DNA of 64,000 nucleotides from an uncultured delta proteobacterium. Lineage in GTDB: Bacteria > Myxococcota_A > Polyangia > Haliangiales > Haliangiaceae. A program made the translations under genes and the position numbers. Of the stretch, positions 29,882 to 39,944 are shown piece by piece (position 1 is the stretch's first letter; every line of letters starts with the position of its first letter). The notes under the pieces were generated by a model that saw nothing but the letters and a program-made list of their open reading frames with translations, did no database searches and was not told where the DNA came from. The stretch lies in contig CAWKDB010000010.1 in assembly GCA_963848295.1 (NCBI GenBank), positions 2,560,001 through 2,624,000 of the forward strand. The letters are read 5' to 3'.

Positions 29882-30972
29882 TCCGCAGCCTCGCGTTCGC
29901 ACTCGTCGGCGTCGCGCTCACCGCGACGTCCGCGTTCGCTCACAAACCGAGCGACGCGCAGCTCCATCTCGCGGTCGACGGCGATCGCCTGACCGGCCGA
30001 CTCGACATCGCGCTGCGCGACCTCGACGGCGCGCTCGGTCTCGACGGCAACGGCGATGGTGCGCTCACCTGGGCCGAGGTCACGACCGCCGCGCCGCGGA
30101 TCGCGACGTACGTCGAGGACCGGCTCCAGCTCGCCGCCGATGGCACGCCGTGCTCGCTCGCGCTCGGCACCGCCGCGCTCGTCGATCTGTCCGACGGCGC
30201 GTACTGGGCGCTGCCGGTCACCGCGACCTGCGCCGCGCCACCGCGCGAGCTCGCGATCACGTATCGCCTGCTGTTCGATCTCGACGCCCAGCACCGCGGG
30301 CTCGTTCACCTCGAGGCGAACGGCTCGACCCAGACCGTGATCGTGCGCAGCGCCGAGCCGGTGACCGTGACGATCGGCGCGGCGACGTCGTTCCGCGCGT
30401 TCGTCAAGGAGGGCGTCTGGCACATCTGGATGGGGCTCGACCACATCCTGTTTCTCACGTGTCTGATCTTGCCCGCGGTGTTCCAGCGCCGAACCGAGCG
30501 CTGGCAGCCCGCCGACTCGCTGCGCGACGTCGCGGTCGAGGTGTTCGAGATCGTGACCGCGTTCACGCTCGCCCATTCGATCACGCTCGTGATCTCGGCG
30601 GTCGGGTTGATCCGCTTGCCGTCGCGCTTTGTCGAGACCGCGATCGCGCTGTCGGTCGTCGCGGCCGCCGCCAACAACTTGTTGCGCGCGATCGATGCGC
30701 GCTGGGCGGTCGCGTTCGCGCTCGGCCTGCTGCACGGGTTCGGGTTCTCGAGCGTGCTGATCGATCTCGGCCTGCCGTCGCGCGAGCTGATCGGCGCCCT
30801 GCTCGGCTTCAATATCGGCGTCGAGATCGGCCAAGCGGCGATCGTGCTCGTACTGCTTCCGACGCTGTTCCTGATTCGCCGCTCGCTCGCCTACCAGGCG
30901 GTCCTGTGGGCGGGTTCCGCCACGGTCGCCGTGATCGCCCTGATCTGGTCCTACCAACGCTGTTTCGTATGA
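29878..30972 (+). CDS. HupE/UreJ family protein
   Basis: AHK after the signal peptide; GVWHIWMGLDHILFL, TAFTLAHSITL, GLLHGFGF and FNIGVEIGQ. Confidence 0.9.
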   Translation: MIRSLAFALVGVALTATSAFAHKPSDAQLHLAVDGDRLTGRLDIALRDLDGALGLDGNGDGALTWAEVTTAAPRIATYVEDRLQLAADGTPCSLALGTAALVDLSDGAYWALPVTATCAAPPRELAITYRLLFDLDAQHRGLVHLEANGSTQTVIVRSAEPVTVTIGAATSFRAFVKEGVWHIWMGLDHILFLTCLILPAVFQRRTERWQPADSLRDVAVEVFEIVTAFTLAHSITLVISAVGLIRLPSRFVETAIALSVVAAAANNLLRAIDARWAVAFALGLLHGFGFSSVLIDLGLPSRELIGALLGFNIGVEIGQAAIVLVLLPTLFLIRRSLAYQAVLWAGSATVAVIALIWSYQRCFV

Positions 30973-31514
30973 GGCCCACCATGACCAAACCAAGCCTGTT
31001 CCTCGCCGTGCTCTCGATCGCCGCTTGCCGCGGCAACGCCGTCGCGCCTACCGCCGCACCGGCGCCAACGCCCGAGGCGATCGCGGCTCCTGCGGCTGCA
31101 CCCACGGTCGTCAACGGCTCGATCAAGCCGGCGACCGACGTGCGCTCCCTGCTCGGCCATCTGCAATACGAGGCGCAGCATCGGCCGGCGACCGCGGTCA
31201 ACGCCGACCACGTGCTCGACGTCGTCGACCGAGCCGGGCTCAAGCTCGAGCGCCGTCGCCAGTACCTCGGCTCGACCGTCAAGGCCGCGTACTGCGTCGG
31301 CGGTACGACGAGCGACGGCGTCGCGGTGTCGGCGTGCGAGTACCCGACGCCGGCCGCTGCCGCCGACGGGCTCGCGTACATGAACGGCGCGTTCAAGAAC
31401 ACGCAAGTCGCCAAGCGCGAGCAACGCGCCGCGACCGTGCTGTCGATCGCGAACCACGACGCTCGCAGCGATGGGCTCGTGCACGACGCCTTCAATCAAT
31501 TCGCCGCGCTCTAG
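30969..31514 (+). CDS. Hypothetical lipoprotein
   Basis: ATGA overlap; lipobox IAAC; YC...CEY motif. Confidence 0.65.
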   Translation: MRPTMTKPSLFLAVLSIAACRGNAVAPTAAPAPTPEAIAAPAAAPTVVNGSIKPATDVRSLLGHLQYEAQHRPATAVNADHVLDVVDRAGLKLERRRQYLGSTVKAAYCVGGTTSDGVAVSACEYPTPAAAADGLAYMNGAFKNTQVAKREQRAATVLSIANHDARSDGLVHDAFNQFAAL

Positions 31515-31547
31515 GTCGATCACCAACCCCGGAAAAGGACAACCAGT

Positions 31548-33164
31548 ATGAAGCTACGGACGAAGTTACTCGGCGGCGCCACGGCGCTCGCCACGGTGTT
31601 GGCGCCGATCGCCGGCCTGGCGTCGAGCCACCGCGAGGCCCCGTTCATCTCGAAGAATCCGAAGGTCGACGGCACCGACTTCTACATCTTCAACAGCTAC
31701 GAGCCGGGACGCGCCGGGTACGTCACGATCCTGGCGAACTACGAGCCGCTGCAAGACGGCGCGGGTGGTCCGAACTTCTTCACGATGGATCCCGACGCGG
31801 TCTACGAGATCCACATCGACAACGACGGCGACGCGAAAGAGGACCTGACGTTCCAGTTCCAATTCCAGTCGACGCTCGCGAACGGCGGCGCCGGCCTCGC
31901 GCTCGACGTCGGTCCGACCGGCAACACGAAGTCGGTCGCGGTTCCGCTGACCAACATCGGCGGGATCACGAGCACGTCGTCGGCGGCGCAGAACGTGCTC
32001 GAGACCTACACGCTCGACCTGATCGCAGGCCCGCGCCGCTCTGGCACGGTCACGCCGATCACCGAGGACGGCACCGGCGCGACATCGTTCCCGAAGCCGC
32101 TCGACAACGTCGGCGGGAAGACCTTCTCGACGCAAACCTACGCGGCGTACGCGAACACGTTCATTCGCAACCTCGACATCCCGGGTTGCACGCCACCGAC
32201 CGGCACGCACCCGCGGGTGTTCGTCGGCCAGCGCCGCGAAGGCTTCTCGGTCAACCTCGGCCAGATCTTCGACCTCGTGAACTTCAACACCGATGGCAGC
32301 GGCGGGCTCGCGAACGTGATCGGCGCCGAAGACCAGAACCACAACACGCTCAACAACAAGAACGTGACGACGATCGCGCTCGAGGTCCCGGCGACGTGCT
32401 TGCAAAAAGCGCCGTCGACGATCATCGGCGCGTGGACGACCGCGAGCGTGCGCCAGGCGCGCGTGCTCAACCCGACGCCGACGTTCACCACGCCGTCGCG
32501 CGAAGGCGGTCCGCTCGTCCAGGTCTCGCGGCTCGGCATGCCGCTGGTCAACGAAGTCGTGATCGGCTTGCCCGATAAGGACAAGTTCAACGCGAGCGAG
32601 CCGAAGGACGACGGTCAGTTCGCGAGCTACGTCACGAACCCGACGCTGCCCGAGCTGCTCGAGATCCTGTTCGGCGGTGCCGGCGTGCGCGCGCCCAACA
32701 ACTTCCCGCGCGCCGACCTCGTCGCCGCATTCCTCACCGGGATCACCGGCTACAACGCGAACGGCTCGACCGCCGAGTACGTGCGGTTCAACAGCGCGTT
32801 CGCGGCGACGCCGGCGGCGATGCAGAATGACTTCGGCGCCGTCGGCTGCTTCGACGCGCCGACCGCGTCGGCCGGCGCCGTGCTCGACCCCGGCGGTCAC
32901 GCCGATTGTGATCCGGCCGGGTTCCCGAACGGCCGGCGCCCCGGTGACGACGTCGTCGACATCGAGATCCGCGTCGCGATGGGCGCGCTGGTCGACACGA
33001 CCGACGCGGTGACCGGCGGCTGCATCCACGCCGGTCAGTCGGGCTGCTTGCCGTACGGCGACGGCGCCGGCGTCAGCGCCCTCCAAGGCACCGGCAGCGC
33101 GAGCCTGGCGTACTTCGATACGACGTTCCCGTACCTGCGCTCGCCGAACAGCGGCTCGCCGTAA
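31548..33164 (+). CDS. DUF4331 domain secreted protein
   Basis: ASSHREAP, QVSRLGMPLVNEV, GFPNGRRPGDDVVD and FPYL motifs; SD AAAGGA. Confidence 0.9.
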   Translation: MKLRTKLLGGATALATVLAPIAGLASSHREAPFISKNPKVDGTDFYIFNSYEPGRAGYVTILANYEPLQDGAGGPNFFTMDPDAVYEIHIDNDGDAKEDLTFQFQFQSTLANGGAGLALDVGPTGNTKSVAVPLTNIGGITSTSSAAQNVLETYTLDLIAGPRRSGTVTPITEDGTGATSFPKPLDNVGGKTFSTQTYAAYANTFIRNLDIPGCTPPTGTHPRVFVGQRREGFSVNLGQIFDLVNFNTDGSGGLANVIGAEDQNHNTLNNKNVTTIALEVPATCLQKAPSTIIGAWTTASVRQARVLNPTPTFTTPSREGGPLVQVSRLGMPLVNEVVIGLPDKDKFNASEPKDDGQFASYVTNPTLPELLEILFGGAGVRAPNNFPRADLVAAFLTGITGYNANGSTAEYVRFNSAFAATPAAMQNDFGAVGCFDAPTASAGAVLDPGGHADCDPAGFPNGRRPGDDVVDIEIRVAMGALVDTTDAVTGGCIHAGQSGCLPYGDGAGVSALQGTGSASLAYFDTTFPYLRSPNSGSP

Positions 33165-33167
33165 GGT

Positions 33168-33199
33168 CGGACAGCCGATCGATCGATCCGCCTCGGAGC
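33168..33199. repeat. 32-bp palindromic repeat, copy 1 (inverted relative to 41181-41212)
   Basis: CGGACAGCCGATCGATCGATCCGCCTCGGAGC; its reverse complement matches copy 2 at 30/32. Confidence 0.8.
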
Positions 33200-33228
33200 C
33201 CGTCGCGCCACTGGTGCGGCGGGCTTTC
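33197..33228 (+). terminator. Probable intrinsic terminator after DUF4331
   Basis: AGCCCGTCGCGCCA-C-TGGTGCGGCGGGCT hairpin followed by a short T tract. Confidence 0.5.
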
Positions 33229-33249
33229 GCGCGTGGCAAGCTGCGGCGC

Positions 33250-33771
33250 ATGAAGCTCGCCATCCCGGTCTCGGCTCACGATCACGTTCACGGCGCGGCG
33301 ACGGCGGCGGTCACGCTCGTCCAGTACGGCGACTACGAGTGCTCGTACTGCGGCCGCGCGTATCCGATCGTCAAGGCGGTGCAGAAAGCGCTCGGTGGCA
33401 AGCTGCGCTTCGTGTTTCGCAACTACCCGCTGACCCAGAGCCATCCGCACGCGCTGCATGCCGCGGAGGTCGCCGAGGCGGTCGCGCTGCATCACGACTT
33501 CTGGGCGATCCACGACACGCTGTACCAACACCAAGCGGCGCTCGACGATCGCAGCCTGCTCGGCTATGCGCAGAAGCTCGGCCTCGATCCGGACAAGGTC
33601 GCGACCGACGCGTCGGGTGAAGCGGTGATGGCGCGGATCCGCGGGGACGTCGAGGGCGGCGATCGCAGCGGCGTCACCGGCACTCCCGCCTTCTATATCA
33701 ACGGCGTCCAGTACGCCGAGTCATGGGACTACGAGCCGCTGCTCGGTGCGCTCGAGCGCACACTCCGCTGA
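33250..33771 (+). CDS. DsbA family (thioredoxin-fold) protein
   Basis: YGDYECSYC, FRNYPL..HPHA and GTPAFYING motifs. Confidence 0.9.
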   Translation: MKLAIPVSAHDHVHGAATAAVTLVQYGDYECSYCGRAYPIVKAVQKALGGKLRFVFRNYPLTQSHPHALHAAEVAEAVALHHDFWAIHDTLYQHQAALDDRSLLGYAQKLGLDPDKVATDASGEAVMARIRGDVEGGDRSGVTGTPAFYINGVQYAESWDYEPLLGALERTLR

Positions 33772-33912
33772 CCTTCGACTGTCGATCTCGTCACGCTCTA
33801 AACTCCCGTATCGAACCGAGTTTTCCGTGGAGCTACGACTTTCTCGCGCGTAGATCGTGGTATTCCGATCGCCAAGTCGACCGTCGTCTCGACGGGGTCT
33901 CGGAGGATTTGG

Positions 33913-36912
33913 ATGCGCGCAAGAGTTGTCGCTGCTGCGTCTGTGTTTGCGTCGGTGATCGGGTGTGGATCGTCGAATCCCGGCCCGTCACTCACGATCT
34001 CGCCGTCGAATTCCGACGGCACGTACCAGGTGATGGGGCCCACCGACTTTGCCGCGACGCTGGTCAACAGCGACGAGGCCGTGACCTGGACGGTCACCGG
34101 CGGCGGAACGCTGTCGGGCGAGACCGGATTGCACACCGTGTTCGTGCCGCCGACCGGCTCCGGCGTGGAGACGTTGATCGCGACGACGCCCAGCGGACTG
34201 ACCGCGACGGTGATGCTGACCTCGTCGCCCGAGACGCTCACCGCCGAGACCATCCCCGTGCTGACCGCGCCGGTCACGGTGCAGTACGACGCCGAGGACA
34301 TCCCGCACATCAACTGCTCCGCCGCGAACGATTGCCTCGCGGTGCAAGGTTACCTCCAGGCGCGCGACCGATTGTTCCCGATGGACTTCCTGCGCCACGT
34401 CGCGCGCTCGAACCTCGCCGAGCTGATCGGAGTCGACGGCCTCTCGCAGGACGTCGAGCTCCGCACGATCATGATCACGCGCGCCGGCCATCGGCTCGAG
34501 GACGACCTGGTCGCCGCGATGGATCCGGCGACCGCCGCGTCGCTGTCCGCGTTCACCGCCGGCATCAACGCGTACTTCGCGCAGCTGCGCGCGACCTCGG
34601 GCACGACCCCGCTCGGCGGCGAGTACGCCCAGCTGCCGTATCGCATCACGCCGAACGATCTCGCGAACTGGACGAATCAAGACACGTGGGCGCTCGCCCG
34701 GCTGCAGCAGTTCCAGCTGTCGGAGACGCTCGACGAAGAATCGGCGTACGGCACGTTCGCCGCGGTCTACGGCCCGGGCGGCCCGCTCGCCGACCTCGCG
34801 AAGCTCAACGCGTGGATTCGCGCGGCGGCGCCGCCGACCGAGCAAGCGCACACGCTCGCTCCGCAGCCGTTCTCGTTCGCCGCGAGGCAAGCCCCGACCA
34901 CGCCGCCGGCGAGGTCGCTGGCCGGGTGGCAAAATCTTTTGTCGCAGACGCACGCGTCGTCGCAGGCGTTGCGTGCGGCGTTGCGGCCGATCGGCGCCGC
35001 GGTCGGCTCGAACAACTGGGTGGTCGCCGGCGCGAAGTCCGCGAACGGCTCCGCGATGGTCGCGAACGATCCGCACCTCGGCCTGCAGTACCCGCCGCTG
35101 TTTCACCTGTCGGTGATGACGTCGTCGAACCCGGCCGATAACTTGAACCTCGCGGGCGGCGCGTTCCCGGGCATCCCGGGCGCGCTCGTCGGCCGCGGCG
35201 CGAACGTCGGCTGGGGCGTGACCGTCGTCGGCTACGACGTCACCGATCTCTACCTCGAGCAGTTCCTGCCGCAGGTGGATTGCGCGACCGCCGCGCCGTG
35301 CGTGCTGTTCAAGGGCGCACCGGTGTCCACGATCATCGTGCCCGAGACGTTCAACGTCCGCGTCGCGGCCGGGCCGAACGGGCTCGTCGACGCGACCGCG
35401 CTCGGGATCTCGGTGCCGCCGTACGTGCTGATCGTGCCGCAGCACGGCCCGATCATCCAGGCGCCGGACGCGAGCGGCAAGGCGGTCAGCGTGCGGTGGA
35501 CCGGCCAGGAGGGCAACACCCAGGACCTGAAGGCGATCTATGGGCTCAACACCGCGACCGATGTCGACTCCGCGATCGCGGCGCTCACAAACTTCTCGAC
35601 CGGCGCGCAGAACTTCGTGCTCGCCGACGACAAGGGCCACATCGCGTACGATCCGCACGCGCTCGTCCCGGTGCGCAACTTCGCCGACGCGCGCGTCGTC
35701 GGCGCGAGCGTGATGCCGCCGTGGTTCCCGCTCCCCGGCGACGGCACCGCGGAGTGGGGCGATGGCACCTCCGACTGCGCATCGGCGACCGCGACCCCGG
35801 TGCCGGCGACGTGCTGGACCGCCGATGCGGTGCTGCCGCAGGGCAAGGATCCGGCGAAGGGCTACTTCTTCACCGCGAACGCCGATCCGACCTACCCGTC
35901 GGTGTCCGACGACAACAACCCGCTCGCGCACCCGCCGTATCTCAGCTTCGACTGGGATGACTCCAGCGGCTTCCGCGCGACGCGGATCGACCAGATGCTC
36001 GACGCCGCGATCACCGCGAACGGCAGCGTCGCGCTCTCCGACATGGAGGCGATCCAGTCGGATCACATGTCGCGGCCGGGCAAGGTGTTCACCGACCTGA
36101 TCGCCGCGCTGCCGGCCGCGACCGATCCGTCCGACATCGCCGCACGCGCGATCCTCGCGCAGTGGGCGACGAACGGCTGGGATTGTCCGTCGGGCCTGCT
36201 CGGCAGCGACCCGGTCGCGAGCCCGATCGATACGACGCCGGCGGTGATGCAGAACTCCGAAGGCTGCTTCTTGTTCCACGCGTTCCTGCGCAACCTCGTG
36301 AGCAACGTGTTCACCGACGACCTCGCGGTGATCGGCCAAGGCGTCGACGACCTGCTCGCGATCAAGTCGTTCATCTATATGATGTCGCTGCCGACGAGCG
36401 ATCCCGGCACCGCGTTCTGCAACGACGTCGATGGCAACGGTACGACCGTCACGACTCACACGTGTCCGGCACAAGTCGTCACCGCGCTGATCGAGACCTA
36501 CGACCAGCTGACCTCGCAGATCGGCCAGCCGACGGATTGGGTGTGGGGCAAGGTCCACACGATCACACCGGTGCCGCTGCTCGCACTCGTCACGACCAAC
36601 TACGAGCCCGGTCCGTTCGCGCGGCCCGGTGGCTCGTTCACCGTCGACGTCGGCTCGCCGTCGCTGTCGACGAGCTCGGGCTTGTCATTCCCGTACGGCT
36701 CCGGCGGCAACGTCCGCCACATCTCGGTGATGAATCCGACGACGCCGCAGGTCGAGATGCAGCTGCCCGGTCCCGAGCGCGACGGCCCGTACCTCAACAT
36801 CGGCCCCGATCTGCTCGGTCAGTGGGTCGCGAACACGTACTTCCAATTCGCCTTTGGCACGATGGCCGGCAACGCCGCCGCCGTCTCCACCCAGACGTTT
36901 AGCGCCCAATGA
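33913..36912 (+). CDS. Penicillin/AHL acylase family (S45 Ntn-hydrolase) lipoprotein
   Basis: IPHI, QARDRLFPMD, GSNNW (nucleophile Ser at 35008), ANDPHL and TANAD; lipobox VIGC. Confidence 0.9.
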   Translation: MRARVVAAASVFASVIGCGSSNPGPSLTISPSNSDGTYQVMGPTDFAATLVNSDEAVTWTVTGGGTLSGETGLHTVFVPPTGSGVETLIATTPSGLTATVMLTSSPETLTAETIPVLTAPVTVQYDAEDIPHINCSAANDCLAVQGYLQARDRLFPMDFLRHVARSNLAELIGVDGLSQDVELRTIMITRAGHRLEDDLVAAMDPATAASLSAFTAGINAYFAQLRATSGTTPLGGEYAQLPYRITPNDLANWTNQDTWALARLQQFQLSETLDEESAYGTFAAVYGPGGPLADLAKLNAWIRAAAPPTEQAHTLAPQPFSFAARQAPTTPPARSLAGWQNLLSQTHASSQALRAALRPIGAAVGSNNWVVAGAKSANGSAMVANDPHLGLQYPPLFHLSVMTSSNPADNLNLAGGAFPGIPGALVGRGANVGWGVTVVGYDVTDLYLEQFLPQVDCATAAPCVLFKGAPVSTIIVPETFNVRVAAGPNGLVDATALGISVPPYVLIVPQHGPIIQAPDASGKAVSVRWTGQEGNTQDLKAIYGLNTATDVDSAIAALTNFSTGAQNFVLADDKGHIAYDPHALVPVRNFADARVVGASVMPPWFPLPGDGTAEWGDGTSDCASATATPVPATCWTADAVLPQGKDPAKGYFFTANADPTYPSVSDDNNPLAHPPYLSFDWDDSSGFRATRIDQMLDAAITANGSVALSDMEAIQSDHMSRPGKVFTDLIAALPAATDPSDIAARAILAQWATNGWDCPSGLLGSDPVASPIDTTPAVMQNSEGCFLFHAFLRNLVSNVFTDDLAVIGQGVDDLLAIKSFIYMMSLPTSDPGTAFCNDVDGNGTTVTTHTCPAQVVTALIETYDQLTSQIGQPTDWVWGKVHTITPVPLLALVTTNYEPGPFARPGGSFTVDVGSPSLSTSSGLSFPYGSGGNVRHISVMNPTTPQVEMQLPGPERDGPYLNIGPDLLGQWVANTYFQFAFGTMAGNAAAVSTQTFSAQ

Positions 36913-39900
36913 GAGGTCTATCGATGAGCCGCCCCCTCCTCGCCACCGCGCTGGTCCTCGGCGCGTGCCAGCCGGATATCACGACCACGGCGCCGACGAC
37001 GTTCGTCACCGCGGTGTTCGATCCGACGACCGCGTCGATTCCCCTGCCGAACGACTTGGTGTTCCTCAACCCGTCGAACAGCGTGTGTCCGGCACCGGCG
37101 AACACGTTGCCCGCCGGTTCGCCGCCCGCGTGCGCGCAAGCCGAGTTGCTCGACGCGTTCAACGGCGCGTTCCCGAGTGACCAGGCGATCTCGGTCACGA
37201 TCGACTTCACCGAGACGTCGTTCGACTCGTCAGGCGTCGCGACGAACACCGCCCCCGATCTCGATCTGGCTACGTTCACGCCGACGACCTACTTCGTCTA
37301 CGGCCGCAACGGCGACGGCACCGGCGAGATCGCGATGGACCCGATCCAACCGACCGACTACGTCAAGTCCGCCGACCACGGCGAGCTGACGCTGCACCAC
37401 GCGAACAACCAGCCGTGGGCACCCGGGACGTACGCGGTGCTCGTGCGGGGCGGCGACAACGGCGTGAAGACGACCGATGGCCTGCCGGTCAATCCGTCGC
37501 AGATCTTCTACTTGCTGACCCAGGGCAAGGATCTGATCGATCCCGCGAACAACGGCCTACTCCGTGACGAGCTCGGCTCGGAAGCGGCGGCGCAAGCCGA
37601 GGGCATGCAGCTCAACGCGGTGATCAGCATGTACAACCAGGTCGCGTTCCCCGCCGCCGACACGCGGTTCCCGCACCAAGAGCTCGCGGTCCTGACGTCG
37701 TTCTCGATCGGCCCGCTGGTCACGAACGTGACGATCGATCCGGCGCGCAGCCTGGTGCCGCTGCCGATCGATCTGTTGCGCGATCCGACCTCGGGCAAGC
37801 TCAGCGCGCTCGCCGCGTGCACGTTCGCCGGCTCGTCGCTCGCCGCCGACGGCACGTGTCCGAGCTCGGCGGCCGCCGGGTTCGAAGCGCTCGACGGGTT
37901 CTCGACGACCGGCGCGATCCTCGCGCCGACCTCCGATCTGATCGACGCGACCACGGTCGACCCGACGTCGCTGATGCTGTTCGACCTGAGTGGCTCGAGC
38001 CCGGTGCAAGTCGATCCGAACAGCTTGGTGCTCGAGCCGTGCGAGTTCACGTCGGCGTGCGGTTCGCCTGCGCTGTCGCCGGTCATCGCGATCCAACCCG
38101 CGGGCGCGACCGCCGGCGATCAGACGTCGGTGTTCCGCACCAAGCCGCTCAAGGACAACACCGACTACGCGGTCGTGATCACGACCGGCGTGCTCGACAA
38201 GGCCGGCAACCCGATCGGGCCCGGCACGGTCGCGAAGATCTTGCACTTCACGAACCCGGTGCTCGTCGGCGGCCACTCGGCGCTGTCCGGCATCGATGAC
38301 GGCACCGCCGCCTCGCTCGAGAAGATGCGGCTGCAGCTCGCGCCGGTGTTCGCCTCGCTCGCCGCCGGTGGCACCGACTTCTCGAAGATCGGCATCGCGT
38401 ACACGTTCCACACCCAGACGATCCTCAGTCAGGCGCACGACCTCGCGGAGCTGCCGTACGATCCCGCGCTGTCGCCGGCGCTGTCCGGTGCACCGCTCAC
38501 CGCGATCAGCGCGCTGACGCCTTCGGGAACGCCGACGTCCGCGTTCACGAAGTACGGCGTCGATTCGGCGATAGTGCCGTCGAGCGACATCCAACAGGTC
38601 GTCGAGTTCGACATCGACACGCTCGACGCGCTCGATCCCCTGACCGGCGCGTTCATGCCCGATCCGACGAGCGCGCCCCAAGAGGTGATCCACGTCCTGC
38701 TCGCACTGCCCAAGCCGGGCACGGTACCGGCCTGCACCGGCGCCGCCGCGGGGCTCGGAACGCTCGGCCTCAATTGTGCGCCGCTGATGGTGTTCCGCCA
38801 CGGGCTCGGCGGCGGTCGCGCCGACATGCTGACCGTCGCGAACGAGTACGCGAAGGCCGGCATGGTGACGGTCGCGATCGATGCGGCGAAGCACGGCGAT
38901 CGCTCGTTCTGCACGCCGAGTGGACCGGCAGCACAGTGCGTTTCCCCGGCGGTCTGCACGACGAACCTCCCGGGCGGCGCGCAAGGCGATGCGTCGCCTC
39001 CCGGCACCTGCACCGACGGCAAGTTCCAATACCTGCCGGTCAGCCCGACGTGCTCGGCGCCGGGCTCGTGCGGCGGCTACGCCTACGCCGAGGGCATCCC
39101 GGCCGTATCCGGCAACTATCTCGTCAGCGCGAACTTCTTCCGCACGCGCGACTCGATGCGCCAGGATCTGATCGACGAGTCGCAGCTGATTCGCACGGTC
39201 GCGTTCGCGCCACCGGCTGGCTACACGGGCGGCCACAACCTGTTCGATTTCACGTCGACCACCCTCGGATACGTGGTCGATCCGACGACGATCTACTACT
39301 CCGGTCAATCGCTCGGCGCGATCCAGGGTGCGATGGACGTCGCGTCGAACCCGCGCATCACGAAAGCGGGCTTCAATGTCGGCGGTGGATCGATCGTCGA
39401 CATCTTCACGAACTCGCCGGCCTTCGTGAACCAGACCGACGCGCTGCTCGCCGGCCTCGGCATCGAGCCCGGAACCTCGGCGTATCTCCAGTTCCTCGTC
39501 GTCGCGAAGACCGTGATCGATCCGGCGGACCCGGTGAACTTCGTCGGCCACCTGACCGCGAACACGCTGAAGGACTGGACGAACGACGATCAGACCGACC
39601 AGGCGCCGAAGCGCATCCTGACCCAGATGGCGAACTGCGATCAGACGGTGCCGAATCCGTTCAACCTGATCTACGCGAGCAACGTGCCGACCGAGCCCGA
39701 GCCGTCGGCCCCCGCGACCTTCTTCGCGCCCGGCTCGACCGGGACGTTCCAGCTCTTCGTCGGCCCTGGCTTCAACCCGGTCTCGACGCCGTTCGGCACG
39801 TGCTCGGCGACCACCGCGGTCGAGCACGGGTTCATCACCGACTGGGTCACTCCAGCGCTCACCACCAAAGCTCAGGACGACATCGCGAACTTCGTCATGA

Positions 39901-39932
39901 ACGACACCCTGCCCCTCAGCGTCGAGCAGTAG
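36909..39932 (+). CDS. Extracellular lipase/phospholipase-like lipoprotein (VolA/Pla-1-like)
   Basis: Lipobox LGAC; P.PND and LDGFSTT N-terminal motifs; HGLGG, HGDR, GQSLG, DPADPVN, DQTVPN and HGF. Confidence 0.78.
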   Translation: MRGLSMSRPLLATALVLGACQPDITTTAPTTFVTAVFDPTTASIPLPNDLVFLNPSNSVCPAPANTLPAGSPPACAQAELLDAFNGAFPSDQAISVTIDFTETSFDSSGVATNTAPDLDLATFTPTTYFVYGRNGDGTGEIAMDPIQPTDYVKSADHGELTLHHANNQPWAPGTYAVLVRGGDNGVKTTDGLPVNPSQIFYLLTQGKDLIDPANNGLLRDELGSEAAAQAEGMQLNAVISMYNQVAFPAADTRFPHQELAVLTSFSIGPLVTNVTIDPARSLVPLPIDLLRDPTSGKLSALAACTFAGSSLAADGTCPSSAAAGFEALDGFSTTGAILAPTSDLIDATTVDPTSLMLFDLSGSSPVQVDPNSLVLEPCEFTSACGSPALSPVIAIQPAGATAGDQTSVFRTKPLKDNTDYAVVITTGVLDKAGNPIGPGTVAKILHFTNPVLVGGHSALSGIDDGTAASLEKMRLQLAPVFASLAAGGTDFSKIGIAYTFHTQTILSQAHDLAELPYDPALSPALSGAPLTAISALTPSGTPTSAFTKYGVDSAIVPSSDIQQVVEFDIDTLDALDPLTGAFMPDPTSAPQEVIHVLLALPKPGTVPACTGAAAGLGTLGLNCAPLMVFRHGLGGGRADMLTVANEYAKAGMVTVAIDAAKHGDRSFCTPSGPAAQCVSPAVCTTNLPGGAQGDASPPGTCTDGKFQYLPVSPTCSAPGSCGGYAYAEGIPAVSGNYLVSANFFRTRDSMRQDLIDESQLIRTVAFAPPAGYTGGHNLFDFTSTTLGYVVDPTTIYYSGQSLGAIQGAMDVASNPRITKAGFNVGGGSIVDIFTNSPAFVNQTDALLAGLGIEPGTSAYLQFLVVAKTVIDPADPVNFVGHLTANTLKDWTNDDQTDQAPKRILTQMANCDQTVPNPFNLIYASNVPTEPEPSAPATFFAPGSTGTFQLFVGPGFNPVSTPFGTCSATTAVEHGFITDWVTPALTTKAQDDIANFVMNDTLPLSVEQ

Positions 39933-39944
39933 GTCTTAACACCC

